Shown here piece after piece: positions 52,330-64,000 of a stretch of 64,000 bases of DNA. Source of the DNA: Lama glama (taxonomy: Eukaryota). The stretch spans positions 5,208,001-5,272,000 of the forward strand of contig CM052833.1 of NCBI GenBank assembly GCA_028534125.1. Reading direction: 5' to 3'. The notes beneath the pieces are model-generated. The model did no database searches, was not told the DNA's origin, and saw only the letters and a list, made by a program, of their open reading frames with translations. How positions within the stretch are numbered: position 1 is the first letter of the stretch; each line of letters starts with the position of its first letter. A program made the position numbers and the translations under genes.

Positions 52330-55300
52330 AATGTTTCTGGGGACAGCAGATTTGGGGAAGATAGAGTACATTGTACACATTTTTCCCCTATTCCTCCTGC
52401 TAAGTACAGCTTAAAAACCCTGGACACTATATATAAACAAACATAAGAAGACTCTGAAAGGTGGAGAGGAGGAGGAAGATTGGTTAGAAACCTTGGGACC
52501 CAAGTCCCACAAGTGATGAATTCCTCTTTTTTCCCCCTCACATATTCCAGACAGGGTACTGGAGAAGTAGACTACCCAGAAATGCCAAAGAGTGCAGGAA
52601 AAATAACCTGCCAAGGCTTGCTTTCTCTTACGAAAGGGACAGGGAAGGGGTGATCCAGTGAGACAGAATACTTTTAGACAATCTTTATGCTATTTTAGCC
52701 AAATGCCACCAGGAAAACACTGTAACTGCATCCCCACCCATGCCATCAAAGGCCAGGTGTGGAACCTACACTCCCACTCTAGCCTGATTTGAATGAGATG
52801 CCTCAAACCCCCTTGTCCCTTATCTCCCCTGTCCGAAGACAGGGTTGTGTCAGAAAAGACTGAGTGCAGATCTGGAGCTTTCACCCATGCCAGATGTTAA
52901 AAATTTTCTACTACTTCAGCAATGTTAATGGAGACCATGTGGGGAGCCTGAACCTTCAGCCGTAAGGTAACCATTCCTTCCCTGTTGGGATGGTATCAGA
53001 GGAGGCCTAAGAAAGAGTCAGGGCTTTCAGTAGGGCTCAGGGGTAATACCCACATACTCATGATGGAAGCTACATGGATAGAAAGCCTGAACACCTATCC
53101 TGTCCAGCAGTAAAAAAGAACCCCTCCTTCCACTAGGTGTTAAAGGAGGCTGAGTGGAGAATCTAGACCTTCCACTACCATTTGGCAGTAAGAAGGCTGA
53201 CCCTTCCTTCCCTCCAAGAGAGCAATGTCAGAGGAGACATGCTAAAACACAAGATTTAAATAAGATCCAGAATCTCCTAACAAAATACCCAAAATGTTTA
53301 GGTATGCATAAAAAAATCACTCACACCAAGACTCAGGACATCTCAACTTGAATAAGAAAATGCAATCAATAGCCACTAACACTGAGATAACACATATGTC
53401 AGGATTATCTGGAAAAGACTTTAAAGCAATCATCATAAAAATGTTTCAGATAGTAATTATAAACACACTTGAAACAAATGAAAAAGTAGGACATCTCAGC
53501 AAGAAATGCAATATATAAATTAGAACCAAACGGAAATGTTAGATGTAAAATATGTAATAATTAAAATTAAAAATTCAGTAAATGGGCTCAACAGCAGAAT
53601 TCGAGGGTAGAAGAACAGAAGTTATACAATCTAAATAACAGAAAGAAAACAGACTAAAATGAGACAAACAGAGACTCAGCGTTTGTAAGAGTTAAAAGCT
53701 CTAACACTTAGTACTGGAGTTCCGGAAGAAGAGAAGAAATATGGTGGAGCTGATCAGTATTCAATGAAATAATGGCTGAAAAATTCCTAAACTTGGCAAA
53801 AGAAAAATAAAATTATAAATTCAAAAAGCTGTGTAAACCCCAGACTGAAAGAAGTTCATGCTGAAGTACACCATAGTCAAACTTCTGAAAACTGTAGACA
53901 AAAAAAAAAAAAAAAAAATCTTAAAAGCAGCCAGAGAACTGATGCATTACTTATAAGGGAACACCAATTTGAATGAACGTCAAAGTTCTCATCAAAAACC
54001 ATGGAGGTGGAGAGAGAAATAACACACATTTTTAAAGTGCTGAAAAGAAAATATAGTTGATGCAGAATCCTATACCAGGTAAATATCCATGAGAAGATGT
54101 TTTCAGATAAAGGAAAACTAAGAGAATTTGTTGTCAACAGATCTACCCAAAATGAATGCTTAAAAAAGAATCTCTAAGACAAAAGAAAATAATAAGAGAT
54201 GGAGTCTTTGAATATCAGGGAAGAAGAACATAATAAGCAAAAATATAAAGACAACAGACTTTCCTTCTCTTGAGTTTTCTAAATTATGTTTACAGCTCAA
54301 GCAAAAATTATAGTATTTTCTAATGCGATTCTCATGGCATGCAGATATATTATAGAGACAATTTATTATAAATGAGGGAAGGTGAGTGTACATAACTTCA
54401 CTTGAACTGGTAAAATTTCAACACTTATACACTTGACAAGTTATGTATATATAATGTAATAGTTAGAGCAACCACAAACAAAGCTATACAGAGATAGTAA
54501 AAAATACTATAAATAAATCAAAATGGAATGCTAAATAATGTTCAAATATTCACAGGAAGGCATGAAAAAGATAAGACTTTTTGGTAGACATGCACAGGAT
54601 TTTTCTAAAATTTACTTGGGAAGGCAAAAGACCTGGAATCACTAACATGATAATTTTTGAAAAAGAAGAATAAAATTTGAAGAATCAGTCTATGCTATTT
54701 CACAAATTACACAGCTATACTACTCAAGATTGGGCAGTATTGATAGGAGGATAGAAACACAGATCACTGGAACAGAATAGAGAACCAGGAAATAACCCAC
54801 ACAAGTACAGCTAACTCATTTTTGACAAAGATTCAAAAGTAATTAGATGGAGGAAGAATAGTCTTTTCAACAAATGGTTTTGGAACAATTATATATACAT
54901 AGGCAAAAATAAGTAAGTAAACCTCAACTTAAACCTCATACTTTTAGCAAAACTGTCTAATACTTGACTGGGAAAACTTGAGAAAAACACTAGCGGTGAG
55001 CATTTAATGTAGTTAGCTGTCAGTCTAAGATGAAAACAAAGACGGGTACAAGAGTGGAACGATAAAACAGAGTTTGCAAATCTGATATGAGACAAAATTG
55101 AACTCAACTGAAAAAGCATTAAACCTTGACAATGAAGAACACATTTTAATTCTGTTTAAACCTGTTTTTATAATACAGATATTACATGAATATTTTTGCC
55201 AAAATAATACAGCAGTCACATTTAAAGAGGCAGAAGATGTAAAAAGAAATAGATATAAATACTAATAGGAAATTTTAAACACATCACTCTTAATACAAGA

Positions 55301-55395
55301 ACAAAAGGTGAGTCAGGATACAGTAAAACTAAGTAACAGTGAATTAGAATATGCTATGGATCTATACCAAACTTCACCCTGTGACAATAGAGACT
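52330..55395 (+). mobile_element. Old L1 (L1MC/MD-like) 5' end, ORF1 remnant and ORF2 pieces
   Basis: L1M 5'-end motif (ttccctattcctcctgctaagtacagc...aaccctggacac), A-rich ORF1-like region ~53400-54200, and ORF2 fragments at ~54570-54950 and ~55100-55395. Confidence 0.8.
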
Positions 55396-55638
55396 AAACC
55401 ACATGCTAGTCCCTGCACTGCAAGGGAGGAAGAATGCTTTTATAGAGAGGAAAAGGAAGTTGGGGGGTGGGAGGTATTGTAAACAAAGAGTCCATGGCTC
55501 TCCACTGGCTAAGTCCTTGACAGGAAGGACTTTTCATCTTCCTGTTGGGCTCTGTTATCTTCACAGGGCACGAGAATTCCCTCTTCTGGTCTCCCAACAC
55601 TATTTAATTGAAGTTTCTGGGTTTTTTTTTTTTTTACA
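55396..55638 (-). repeat. ERV 3' LTR, truncated at its R/U5 end, preceded by a polypurine tract
   Basis: Aligns to 61431-61672 at roughly 70-75% identity by eye. PPT-like GGGGAAAA (55639-55646) sits immediately before the TG. The terminal ~100 bp seen in the 5' LTR is missing. Confidence 0.88.
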
Positions 55639-55999
55639 TTTTCCCCATTGATCAAGATCTTTTTTCTGAAAGCATCACTGATCAAGAGTTATGTTTTCTA
55701 TTTTCAGTGGCTTTCTGTACCTCAATACCAGGAAAGATCTTTTCTAGGTGTTGTGTCTCACACTGGAGGGAAAGTGCACAGATTAGAAAATTACTGGGGT
55801 CACATTCAAGTAACAAGGAAGGGTAGGAGGGAGAACACTCAGGCACTTTCTATCTAAACTCCACATGTCATCAAGATCATAGACCTTGATGATCCTCTGA
55901 AGTGTTATGTCATTATCAAAGGTTTGGCAACAAACTTTCAACACGCCTGGTCCAATTATCTTGAGAAAGCTGTCTCATCAGATGTCCTCTGCTTCAGTT

Positions 56000-58900
56000 C
56001 CAGGAAATCTTTGTTTCCAGGTCACCAGATGATGTGCAGGTCCAGAAAGAGTTCACCACTTTCTTTAAGTGTGTCACATGAATCCAAAAGTCTATTCTTT
56101 GGAGTTTGGCAACACAAGGGTTTGTTAGGAGTACCTAACAAGGGCCTTTCCAGTGATGATGACTACTGTTCTTCTGGAAGTAGCTTTTCCAACAGATGAA
56201 ATCTCTAGGTTGCAAAATGTGATGCTTGCTTACAGTTTTTATCTTCTGAGAGCACACTATGAAAAAACTGCTCTACAAAAACATGGTTATTTTTAATAGA
56301 AACAATTAAGCCTTTGCAATACTGGAGTATCTCTCCTTTTACCAATTGTGTTTCAAAAGAGGAAGGAGCCAAGTACATTGGACATCCTGTGACTATCTCA
56401 AAGGGTGAGAGATTATGAGTTCCTAAAGGGGTAGATCTGAGATTTAGAAGAACCAATGACAATGCCTTTGGCTAAGGTATTTGGAGGGCCTCTAAAATTT
56501 TGGCAACTGAATCTTAAAAATGCTGTTAGTGCATTCGACTAAACCAAAGAATTGAGGGTGGTAAACACGATGAAAGTGTTATAAAACTGGCCAAACGCTG
56601 CAGATCTGTCAAAGTCTTGACCAGTAGAATGGGTTCTTCAATCACTATGAAGTTTGAGAAGAGTTCTCCACGTAAGGGTAATCTTTTCCAGAAGGACTTT
56701 AGCCACAGAAGAGGCAGGAGCCTATGTCCAAGGGAAAGCTTCAATCCAGTGTGAAAACATACAGACCATGACTAAAACATTTATATCCATTAGAAGGAGG
56801 AAGTTGTATAAAATCTATTTGCCACACCTTGAATGGTCCATTAGGCAGTTTAAAATGTCTGGGAGTGTACAACCAGGCTTCCCTGGGTTGTACTTTGAAC
56901 AAGTGGGAGAAGTGGAGTACACACTTTTCGTGGCCTTGTTAATGTTTCTCCACCAATATTGATTCATGAATGTTATCATTTTGTCAGTAGACCAATGGTT
57001 TAATGCATGTACAGTGGTGAGGAGTGGGAAATTTAGAGTCTCTGGTAGGATTGGGTGGTTATTAGAGCTTTCTCTTCTAATCGAGCCAAGAATTGTTGAA
57101 TTTCAACCTTGTTTTTCCTTTTTCTGAGGTCAATTTTTGGGCTTCTCAAGCCAGGTTTTCTAAATCATCATTTGGGGAACTATTCCTTTGGATCATGACA
57201 GGGGTTTGGCTGCTGTTGGTTCCTCTAAGGACAGCATTCCTTGTGTGGATGTCAGCAAGGTGATTTCCCCAGCTTTCAGAGAGTCAAGTTTAGAATGCCC
57301 CAGAATCTTAATAATAGCTAAAGCAGCAGGTAAAAGCTATTGCATCCAATAACTTCTGAACATAAAGGCCTTTTAAAATTTTATATCTGCTGCAAGTAAG
57401 GAAACCATGTTGCTCCTACAACATTCCAAAATCATGAGCTACTTTGAAGGCATATCTAATATCAGAATAAATATTGGTACTTTTGCTCTTGGCTAATGTT
57501 CAAGCCCATATAAGACTGCATAATTCAGCCAGTTGGGCCAAAGTAACCATAGGCGAAGATGCTGTCTCAACAGTACCAAAAGGAGCAGCGATAGCACACC
57601 TAGCACAAATTTGCCATGTCACCTTTTAAACAAGAACCATCAGTGATCTATGAGAAGTCAGCATTACCCAAAGGAATTTCCCGCAGATCATCATGAGGAA
57701 TCAGGTGATCCCTCAGCTTTAAGCAGCCATGAGGAACTTCATCAGTGAGGGGAGAAGAGTACCTGGGTGAAGGTTACTACAATGTAAAAGAGTTGTGTGA
57801 GGAGCAATTAACAAAAAGACTTCTCAGGAGGTAAGGTGACTGAGTTGAGAAATGTTGAGTGTGATGAGACTTCAAGAGAACTTCTGCTGCATGAGGTACA
57901 AAAATGGCTAAAGGGGGTCAAAAAGGCAAGTGGTAGCAATGGCTCTAAGGCAAAGGGGGCACTCCTGGGCCAGTGTCCAGTTTCTGGCTTTAATACCCTA
58001 TGGGTCAATCATGGTCCCCTTGTTTTTGGCTGAGTACCCCAAGGGGGCTTTTCATATACAAAAAGGAAAAAGGGAATCCAATAATTGGGATGCCCAAGGG
58101 CAGGTAGGTTCATCAAATTCTTCTTTTAGGCCTTGAAGGCTAAGTCATTTGGTTCTTCCCATAAAACTGGGTCAAGGGTGTTACTGTTCAATAAAACATA
58201 CAGAAGTTTGGCCATAAGAGAGAAATTTGAAATCCAATTAGCAATAACCAACTAATCTGAGAAAATCTCACACTTGGTGCTTAGCTTTGAGTTTTTGGAA
58301 ACTTAGGACCCCATGAAGTCCATCTGGATCTAGTTGTAGCCCTTGTTCTGATAACAGATGCCCTGAACATCAAATCTGGGTTTGGTCAAACTGCAAATTT
58401 TCTTTGTCGACCTCATGTCCCTTTGAGGCTAACAGCTTTAGCAAGTGGATGCTGTCTTCCGGGGGCTGGGGGGGGGGGCTTGAGAAGGAGAGCAAAGAAG
58501 CAAATCATCCACATAACGCAACAAAGTAGAGCCACTAGGGAACTTTATATCATCCATATCAGCCTTTAGGATTTGCAAGAAATAAAAAGGACTCTTGGTA
58601 AAACCCTGAAGCATTACTGTTCAGATGAACTGTTTGTCTTCCCAAGTGAAGGCAAAAATGTGGGTACTGGCTAGCTTCATCAACTGGAATACTAAACAAT
58701 GCACTGAAATCAAATACAGTAAAAAATTTACTTCTGATTAATTCCCATGGATGTTAGTAATGTATGAAAATTAGGAACAACAGGGTGTTGAGGGATAACA
58801 ATGTTACTGCTCATATGTCCTGGACAACCTCCACCCTCAGCCCTTAGGTTTTCTCATCGGTAAAACAGGATCATTACAGGGACTAGTACAAGGGAAAATG

Positions 58901-59551
58901 AGGACTTGAGCCTTGTGATTTCTATTATGGTTTCTATGCGTTGAAGGGCTTCTCTACTTGTAGGGTGTTGATTAATTTGAGGAAGAGGCTTTGAGGGATC
59001 TAGCTGAATCTTGATGGGAGGTGCTCTGTGAATTTTGCCACTATCAGTTAGAGATTTTGCCCGTGAGAAAAATGGTCGCTAATTCAATAGGGGAAAATGA
59101 TGAGTGTTTCCAGAATCTGCTCCAGTATCCTCAGAGACAGAATAAAAGATGTCAAAAGTTCACTTAATTCACCTGGTTGATGACTTTGATGACGGTTGTC
59201 AATTTCTAGAATTGCCCCTTTTGGGGAGAAAGAAATTTCAGTATGATTCTCTAAGAATTCTTGGCCTATAAATGAATAGGGGTGGAGGAATTAAGGAGAG
59301 AAGAAGTGTTTCTCTCAAAGGGCCTAGGCAAATGGGAATAGATTCAGAGACAGGAACCTCTTGAGGTTCATTTGAACTGTTTTAGTACTCTGAAGTAGGG
59401 GCTGCTTTATAGTGGTGGGGCTGAGCACCGAGAGTGGGGCTCCGATGTCAATTAGGACTGGAAAAGATTCATCCCTAATCTGGAGAGATGTTTCTCCAAA
59501 CTGATTAAGAGTGAAGATTGGGAAAAGCCCCTACAGTTTTTCAGAGCCATA
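56000..59551 (-). pseudogene. pol: ERV pro-pol pseudogene (protease, RT, RNase H, integrase)
   Basis: PR VLIDIGAPLSVL (DIG at 59441-59449); RT TVMLQGFTKSP and LLRYVDDLLLC (YVDD at 58504-58515); RNase H ITDGS and NIYSDIRYAF; IN LVMVCMFSHWIEAFP, LNLRSTPLGTHNLSPFEIVTG and WKGPC*VLLT...WIHVTHLK. Confidence 0.93.
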
Positions 59552-60770
59552 TCACTGAGAATTGGGAGGACTTTGGAAAGGCTGTTTAGAGGGCTAAAGG
59601 TGCCTAAAGTGCTTAAATTTTTAACAGTCTCTTTTCCAATGTCCTGGTTTTTTGCAATAATAGCAGAAACAAGGAGGGTTTTGGTTTTACTTAGGAGCCT
59701 TCGTTTGCTGGAGTTGATGATTAAAAATTTTGGTGGTCTTCCTTTGAGATTAGCTAAATCTGCAGAGGACATAGTTTCCCACTCCATCCTGGTCATTTTT
59801 ACTAGAAGAGAAAGATCGTGGGTTCAGTTCATTAAAAAACATAAGAATTAAAAGCTACCCAAGCAGAATCAACATCTGCAGAAAGATCAGAATTTTCTTT
59901 AAAAACAATCTGAAGTGCATCATAATTTTCAGGAGAAGGCACATCAGATTTTTGCATGCAAGCCTGAATTTTCTTCCACTCAACAGGCTTTGGAAAAGCC
60001 CTGGGAATTGCTCAGTGAAGTTGCCTAGGGATTACTGAGACTGATCATATAATAAATTAGTGGGCTGGTCTCCCAGTTGTGATTTTAGAGACCTTGAAGG
60101 ATTTTCCCAGTTAGCAGTTGTCATCCAATGTTGGGCCTGCCTTCAAGCACACACACACACACGTATATATATATATAAACTAGCTGATATAAGTCAGAGA
60201 AACCAGAGTGATGGAAGTTTGATGGGAGAATTAGTATGTGAGAACTGAGGGTATAGAGAAGGTACAGACACAGTAGAAGGGAAGGAGAAAGATGGTGCCA
60301 GAGGTGACTCTGACCATGTGGAACCAAGAGAAAGAGACAAAATGGCATGGGAGACAGAGCCTGAATCAAAGGCGCCAAGGAAAAAGAGCCTGTGGTTTCA
60401 GGATCCATTTTATCTTTCTTTAATCATTTGTTTGCTTCAGTTAATCTTAAAATCTTATCTTGCAGAGAGGCAATTTTAGACTCCTGATAACATTGGGAGG
60501 CCTGAAAATACCAACTGAAATAAGCACTCCACTCAGTTCTGGAAATGTCTGAGCTATGGGAGTCCGATTCGGTTTTAAGGCAATTAAGTTTGGGTATTTC
60601 AAAAGTTTCCCATAATGGCCACTGATATTCTAAATTGCCTTTGGTCTCCTCCGTCCATTTTGTTAGAAGTGTGCATCAGGAAGGACTGTGGTTTTTAAAA
60701 ATAAAATCAGCCAAGTCCCTGGGGTAGAGGGGGTGCTCTTAAAATATTTAGAGAACTGGAATCTCTCTTC
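59552..60770 (-). pseudogene. gag: ERV gag pseudogene (MA-CA-NC)
   Basis: MA-like KWTEETKGNLEYQWPLWETFEIPKL (~60590-60665) and a CX2CX4HX4C zinc knuckle CYYCKKPGHWKRDC at 59624-59665. Disrupted, with a (CA)n(TA)n tract at ~60148-60178. Confidence 0.9.
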
Positions 60771-61310
60771 TCACAGATTTTTCTCTAGAGTATGGAACAA
60801 TTTTCAAATGGCTCAAACAGTTTACAACTCAAACAGCTCAACTCAAACAAGCTAATTCCAACCAGTTCTAAAAGAGACAGCTTGGTCCTGGAGGAGCCAG
60901 GCTAAAGGCTTTTTCAGCCAGTTTCCAGAGAATAGCCCCTACCAAAGGAATAAGTCAAAGGCTGAAAAACCAGCACAGTTTCAGAAAAGTAGCCTCTGCT
61001 TTGGAAGAAAGGAGCTAAAGGCATTTTCAGCCAGCATCGGCTGAAACAATCTGGTCTCAAAATCAGACCAAAGTGCCAAATGAATACCTGCATACAGCAC
61101 AAGGCCTTAACTAGAAAGATAAAACCTTAAAAGAGATCCCAGATAACACTTGGAGAGCTCCAGGAGCAAAGAGGGTAGAGCCTGGATCCAAAAGAGGTAC
61201 CTTCAAACTTGAGGGTTGGTGGGAAAAGCAATGAGCATCACTGGGCTCAACCATGGGTATGGTGGCACCTGTTTGCTCACTGGTTTGAAGCTGTTGGAGG
61301 TTTTCTGCAG

Positions 61311-61328
61311 TCCTTACAGAGGCCACCA
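61311..61328 (-). promoter_or_regulatory. ERV primer-binding site, degenerate, tRNA-Ile-like
   Basis: TGGTGGCCTCTGTAAGGA lies 3 nt after the 5' LTR. The first 8 nt match the tRNA-Ile(AAU) PBS TGGTGGCCCGTACGGGGA; the rest has diverged. Confidence 0.6.
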
Positions 61329-61331
61329 AAA

Positions 61332-61672
61332 TGTTGGCCCAAAACAAATAGCTTGTCAGATATTTCTCTAGCAAAGATAAGTTTATTTGGGATAAACAGA
61401 GAATTACAGTTTGGGATCTGCATCCCTGACAAGCCACATGTGAGTTGCCACAGAGCAAGGGAAGAAGAACACTTTTACAGAGAGAAAAGGAAGGTGGGAG
61501 GACTACAATAAACAAAGAGCCCGAGGGTTTTCATTGACTGAGTCCTGGCCAAGGAAGAAGAGGAGACTTTCTTTTTCCTGTCGGGCTTTGTTATCATCTC
61601 AGGGTGTGACAGCTCCCCTTTCTGATCTCCCAACTCTTTTAAATTAAGGTTTCTGCTTATTAATTTTTTACA
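61332..61672 (-). repeat. ERV 5' LTR (341 bp, TG...CA)
   Basis: The minus strand starts TGTAAAAAATT and ends GGCCAACA, with AATAAA at 61382-61387. It aligns to 55396-55638 and is followed by the PBS. Confidence 0.9.
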
Positions 61673-61895
61673 ACTTAAACATTTGCTAAGAGGTATATCT
61701 TAAGTGCTTTTATCGCAAAAATAGTAACAACAATAAAAAACAGGTCAAGAGGAAACTTTAAGGTGATGGATGTATTTATGACATAGAGTGTGGTGGCTTA
61801 ATGGTATATATATGTATCACTAAATCAAGTTGTATATAATAAATATGCATAGCCTTTTGTATGTCAATCATACCTTAATAAAATTTTTTAAGAAA
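61673..61895 (+). mobile_element. L1MA/MB-type 3' end flanking the ERV 5' LTR
   Basis: gaggaaacttt..aggtgatggatgtattt..tgtatgtcaatcataccttaataaa. Confidence 0.75.
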
Positions 61896-61899
61896 AGAA

Positions 61900-63775
61900 A
61901 TTAATAAATAAAAAAAATAATGAGGTAAGTTACAAAAAGTGATAGCTTTAACTAACAAAATATATTGGTTCTTTGAAAACCAACAAAATACTTACCTAAT
62001 TTAACGAACTTCTACCTAATGGTGCTAGACTTCTACCTAATTAATAAAGAAAATGGAGAAAACACAGACATAGAAAGTAAGAAATGTCACAAAGGTAATA
62101 AAATTGAAACAAAAGAAATATTTAAAAAAATGTTGGAAGAGGCTACTTCAAAAACATCTCTGCAAATAAATTTGAAAACCTGGTTTAAGTTAATAAATAT
62201 AGGAAAATAGCTTTTACCAAAATTGATCCTTTAGATACAAAAAGCTTAAAACATTAATTTCTGTAGAAGAAATTTTAAAAGTTACTAAGAAACTATTCTA
62301 CAATAAAGCACCAGGCTCAGTTAGTTTCCCAAAAGAAATCTACAAACCTCTAAGGAACAGATAATCACAATGCAAAATAAAATGTTTTGAGCGGAGTAAG
62401 TGAAGAAAAATGCCCCAATTTTTTTTGAAGCTAGTTAAAAATCAATAATTAAATCAAATAAAGATTGCACAAAAACAAAGTTACAAATTAGTAAATAAAA
62501 TATTCATCAAGGTAAACGCACTATGTAATGAAAAGTAAGTGGTATTTATTTCAGGAATTCAAGATTGGTTATTTACATAGATATAGATACAGACATAGAT
62601 ATATACTAGGAAAAGGGAAAAAAAAGAGTCCCACTCTCCCCACTATTGCCTCCCTATTATTTAGTTATTTAGCATTGTACCTGAGATATCACCAAGGCAA
62701 TTCTAAAGAAATCAATTAGAGACATCTGAATTAGAAAAGAAGTAAAAATTCTGTATTTGCAAAAGATAAAATAGTATACCTAGAAAACCTGAGAGAATCA
62801 GAATATTGTCAAACAAACAAATGAATAAAGTCGCAGGATATACAAATGATATTCAAAATAAATATTTTCATACCTATAAATAGCCAGTCAGAAAATAAAA
62901 TGTTAGCAAAATCCGATTTTCAATGAAGAAAATTAGAATACTTAGAAATAAATTTAACAGAAAATGAGCAAAACTAACATCAAGAAAGCCTGAAATATTC
63001 CTGAAAGACACAAATGTAGACGTGTGCAAAGGAAACACATCCCTAGTCTTCAAGAAAAGTCAACATCATAAAGATGTCAGTCCTTCCAAAAGTAATTTGT
63101 AAATTTTATACAATTCAATAAAGTACCAATAAAGTTAGTTTCGTGCAGCTAGGAAACTTGATATTAAGTTTCATGTGGAAAAATAATCATGAAGAATAAC
63201 TAGGAAAAAAATGGAGAAAGAGAAACTGTAATAGACTAGCCTCACAAGATATTAAAACATGAAATAGACTCTATAATGAAAGCAGTATAGTATTGGCCCA
63301 TAAATAGATATAAACCAGTGGATAACAGGAATTTCAGAAACAGACCAAGGTACATATGGAAAGTATATAATAAAGACAGCATCACAAGTCATTGGGCAAA
63401 GATAGGTTTTTTTCTTAAATGGTGCTGAGATAATTGGCTAGCCATTTCAAAAAGGATCAAAGATGTCCATGTTGGACACCATATGTGAGAAAAAACTCCC
63501 AATGGATCAGGGACTTAAATACTGAAAATTCATACAAATAGAAAAAGACAGTATGTGTAAGTTCCTCAAAAACCTCGGTTTAGAAGAAGGCTTTTTACGT
63601 ATGACTCAGAATCCACATGTAATATCGAAAAGTTGCTAAATTTTACCAGATTAGAAAAAGCAAAACTTCTGTATGACAAAAACACAGTAAAGTAAAAACA
63701 AATGACAAACTGGAGGAAAATTTTAAATTTACAGCACAGCTAAAGGCTAGATCTCTAATATACAAAGAACCATGG
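61900..63775 (+). mobile_element. Old L1M ORF2 remnant
   Basis: Degenerate ORF2 motifs (aaagcaccaggctcag, ggaattcaagattggtt, aaatggtgctgagataattggctagccatt). Confidence 0.8.
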
Positions 63776-64000
63776 ATAGCTTCATTGTAACAGTCTTGAA
63801 CTAGAAGTATCAGAGCAATTATTCACTTTATTTCTGAAATTTCCTTGTCATAATCATGTCTTTCCCATAGAATCATCCATGTGGTAGTTTAAAAGAAAAC
63901 ATACACTTCCACTATTTGAATTACATTTGAGTGAAGCCGTAAAACTCAGAGCCTTAGGCAAAACTGTCTTTTGGCAAATTGTACTCAGAATCATTTGATT

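Larger units (their letters stand above)
55396..61672 (-). mobile_element. Decayed class I (gamma-like, ERV1) endogenous retrovirus, LTR-gag-pro-pol-LTR, no env
   Basis: Two alignable LTRs, PBS, PPT and retroviral motifs in the correct order on the minus strand (MA, NC, PR, RT, RNase H, IN), with many stops and frameshifts. Confidence 0.95.

Noticed and set aside
55650-56000. Possible env or domesticated syncytin-like gene
   Set aside because: Too short, and I see no furin site, immunosuppressive domain, CX6CC or TM segment.

Overview
Mammalian genomic DNA, probably camelid: it has camelid-type young L1 3' ends and no recognisable Alu, BovB/Bov-tA, PRE1 or CAN SINEs. The left 35.6 kb is the 5' end of ASXL3 on the minus strand. 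Coding exon 2 (4233-4315, 83 nt, [39 protein letters not shown] domain) is directly readable. A ~31 kb intron 1 leads to a CpG-island promoter (~34520-35850), where exon 1 is hidden in N gaps. The right 28 kb is upstream DNA dominated by L1 fragments and a decayed, env-less class I (gamma-like/ERV1) provirus (55396-61672, minus strand) with LTRs, PBS, gag zinc knuckle, PR, RT YVDD, RNase H and IN. Nearly all ORFs in the supplied track are spurious. The best leads are: a TSD-flanked insertion that looks like an L1 3' transduction inverted by twin priming and ending at an L2-derived poly(A) signal (45557-47144); a candidate alternative in-frame first exon of ASXL3 (~31513-31850); other candidate cryptic exons; and a perfect 19-bp tandem duplication that doubles an NF-kB site upstream of the ASXL3 promoter. 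I do not see a new multi-gene system. Repeat subfamily names come from recalled consensus sequences, not from a search, and repeat boundaries are approximate.
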